From a virus (lineage: Duplodnaviria; Caudoviricetes), in the IMG/VR virus record IMGVR_UViG_3300037515_000413, positions 1-45,208 of that record: 45,208 nt of DNA, one strand, 5' to 3'. Positions 43,297 through 45,208 of this stretch are shown piece after piece. Under the pieces are notes generated by a model that did no database searches, was not told the origin of the DNA, and saw nothing but the letters and a program-made list of their open reading frames with translations. Both the position numbers and the translations under genes were made by a program. The first letter of the stretch is position 1. Each line of letters opens with the position of its first letter.

Positions 43297-43787
43297 GCTT
43301 CACCTCTCGCCTCTGCCATCAGACTGCCGTGCTCGTCCTTGTAGATATCGCCGCGACCGCGCTTCTGGCACTCTACGTAGGCGGCGTCGCACATCCAGTG
43401 GTAGTCGGACTTCGGGTTGTTGCCGGCGTAGGCCGACAGCCAGATGGTTTCGTTGACGCGTTTCCTCAGTTCGGCCTCCGAGGCTTCGGCCAGCTTCACC
43501 CGGTACTCTTCGGGGTCAATGCTGTTCCAGTAGGACGGCCACCATGACGGCGCCTCACCCTCACCGGCCCACTTCGCCCTGTGCCGTTCTCTCACATCGC
43601 CCTCCGTTCGCCGCTCTGCGGTGCGCTTGAAGCACTCAATCACCCACCACACGTCCACAAGGTCACGCAGCGGCCAGCCGTGCTCCATGAGCCACTTCTC
43701 CCGCTCGCGGGGCGTTTCTCCGGGCGGCGTGAACACCACGTACTGCACGGCCTGCGCGGGCGGCTGCACGGCGGTGACGCGCGTCAT
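43293..43787 (-). CDS. Hypothetical protein
   Basis: ATGA overlaps. Confidence 0.7.
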   Translation of the reverse strand: MTRVTAVQPPAQAVQYVVFTPPGETPREREKWLMEHGWPLRDLVDVWWVIECFKRTAERRTEGDVRERHRAKWAGEGEAPSWWPSYWNSIDPEEYRVKLAEASEAELRKRVNETIWLSAYAGNNPKSDYHWMCDAAYVECQKRGRGDIYKDEHGSLMAEARGEA

Positions 43788-43975
43788 GGCTGCGGCCTCT
43801 CCTCACGTTCAGCCTTCCGCCGGGCGGCTGCGGCTGTTCTGGAGTCAGTGCTGCCGTGGCCGGGTCCGGTGTGGTGCAGCCAGAACTCATCGGCCACCCG
43901 TAGTGCGTGGCTCGTTCCGGTCATCTTCAGGGCGGCCCCACAAAGGCAATATGCACTGAGGCGCAGTGTGCTCAT
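43784..43975 (-). CDS. Hypothetical protein
   Basis: CLCG..H...H; ATGA overlaps. Confidence 0.65.
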   Translation of the reverse strand: MSTLRLSAYCLCGAALKMTGTSHALRVADEFWLHHTGPGHGSTDSRTAAAARRKAEREERPQP

Positions 43976-44193
43976 ACCGCCTCCCTTGCCTGCCGCTCCG
44001 CCTCCTGCCTGCGCGCTAGCTCGCCTGTGAGCGACAGCACCATCGCGTGCAGGTCCGCGTCGGTTGGCTCACTGAGCGTGACCATCGGCTGGAAGCCGTC
44101 GCCTGCGACCAGCGAGACGGTGCAGCCGCGCTCTGGCAGCCAGAGCGTCAAGGCGCCGTACTCCCACTCGCAACGCAGCGTCTCGTTCACCAT
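43972..44193 (-). CDS. Hypothetical protein
   Basis: RBS GGAGG; coupled. Confidence 0.65.
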   Translation of the reverse strand: MVNETLRCEWEYGALTLWLPERGCTVSLVAGDGFQPMVTLSEPTDADLHAMVLSLTGELARRQEAERQAREAV

Positions 44194-44480
44194 GCCGCCC
44201 TCCGTTCCGCTTCGTCAGCCTGTAGCCCCTCGTCTATTTCGACGCACCGGCACTCAGCCTCCGCCTGCCACGGCCCATCCATGTCGTAGCCGTCTTGTGA
44301 AGTGCCCGCGTCCCACCATGAGAAGGCTCCGCAGTAGTTGCATTGCGTGGCGTCCGGCGCTACCAGTTCGCTGCAATTGAGGCACTCCATCGTGAGCACC
44401 GCATCCTTATGCAGTGGGCACTCACGAAAATGGGTCACCGTCAGCGGCTCCAGTGCGGGGTCAGGGCTGCGGTACATCAC
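44187..44480 (-). CDS. Zinc-ribbon protein
   Basis: CLNC and CNYC. Confidence 0.65.
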   Translation of the reverse strand: MMYRSPDPALEPLTVTHFRECPLHKDAVLTMECLNCSELVAPDATQCNYCGAFSWWDAGTSQDGYDMDGPWQAEAECRCVEIDEGLQADEAERRAAW

Positions 44481-44956
44481 TTGACTCCCATGGCCTTGTC
44501 AAACGCCGCCTCTGCGGCCTTCCCGCTGTCCGCGTATATGGATTGGGGGTGTTGCGTCCGGTAGGCGGTCAGTGCGCACCGGGCGTCGCTCGCCTGCTCC
44601 ACGCTCACCTCTGCGCACCCGGCGGGGCCAACGATGAGGACGGTCGTGCGCGCCAGGGCAACGCGGGCGGCAGCGGCGACAGCGCCCATTGCCGATGTGA
44701 TGTGGGCGTCGCCTGTCTTGTCCGCGTACCACTCCGCCACGTCCCGCGGCAGCATGACCGCCACCATGTCCGGCGCGGTGCGCTTCAAGATGAAGTGCAC
44801 TTCGTGCAGGCCATCGGCGATGGGAGTTGGTGGGTATGAGCTTTCCGGCCCATCCCACCAGTAGGCGTTCCTCTCGTTCGGCCACGAAGGGACACGCGGC
44901 TGCTGTTCACCGCTGAACTCAAACCCCTCCGGTGCCATGATGGTCAGTTCCTTCAT
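44477..44956 (-). CDS. Hypothetical protein
   Basis: ATGA overlap; RBS GGAGG. Confidence 0.7.
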   Translation of the reverse strand: MKELTIMAPEGFEFSGEQQPRVPSWPNERNAYWWDGPESSYPPTPIADGLHEVHFILKRTAPDMVAVMLPRDVAEWYADKTGDAHITSAMGAVAAAARVALARTTVLIVGPAGCAEVSVEQASDARCALTAYRTQHPQSIYADSGKAAEAAFDKAMGVK

Positions 44957-45087
44957 CTCATCCCTCCATAGGTGGCGGCTATCGCCCCAATCAGCAGCGC
45001 CATGCCCCCTGCCAGCGCGCCCCACGTGAGCGCGTCGCGCAGCCCAACGGCCACGGCCAGCGGCAGCAGGCGGAGCGCGCTACGCAT
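44953..45087 (-). CDS. Small membrane peptide (44 aa)
   Basis: Hydrophobic; its start lies in the terminal repeat and overlaps the end of the 47-403 gene on the circle. Confidence 0.55.
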   Translation of the reverse strand: MRSALRLLPLAVAVGLRDALTWGALAGGMALLIGAIAATYGGMR

Positions 45088-45208
45088 GGGGCGGCACTCT
45101 CCGGCAGCCGTCGTGAACGTGTGGCCTGTCGGTTGCGCACTGTTGGAACCGTTTCGCCCCCGCCCAGTCGTGCACGCTGTCCTGTATCCCGTCCGGGTCA
45201 ACGCGCCG
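45034..45208. repeat. Terminal direct repeat, right copy
   Basis: Matches 1-175 with one mismatch. Confidence 0.97.

Noticed and set aside
1-45208. CRISPR array, diversity-generating retroelement, reverse transcriptase or IS element
   Set aside because: No regularly spaced repeats, no RT motifs, no TR/VR pair and no transposase were seen
1-45208. Stop-codon reassignment
   Set aside because: Core genes are full length in the standard code, and all three stop codons are used

Overview
A complete, circularly closed genome of a high-GC temperate tailed phage (Caudoviricetes, siphovirus-like), about 45.03 kb. The first 175 bp repeat at the end with one mismatch. The rightward arm (about 2.1-32.05 kb) carries an HTH gene, a tyrosine integrase, a ParB/MT-A70 fusion, a PD-(D/E)XK nuclease, a DNA methyltransferase with an inserted HTH, TerS/TerL, a portal-MuF fusion, a Mu-like protease/scaffold, cement and major capsid proteins, decoration/fibre proteins, two tail-tube paralogs, a frameshifting tail chaperone, a short tape measure and a tail-tip protein. 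Where the lysis cassette normally sits there is a cluster of small membrane proteins around a divergent TatC, and no endolysin is recognisable. The leftward arm (about 32.4 kb through the junction to 1.94 kb) carries many small early genes, an SSAP-like protein, a CHC2 zinc finger, an AAA helicase with a likely internal origin, ASCH, a RuvC-like resolvase, and a methyltransferase split in two by an antisense HNH gene. It also holds several structured RNAs, including an enlarged tRNA-like fold. A Chloroflexota host (possibly Dehalococcoidia) is an inference from protein style and the missing endolysin. All calls come from reading motifs by eye; no database search was run.
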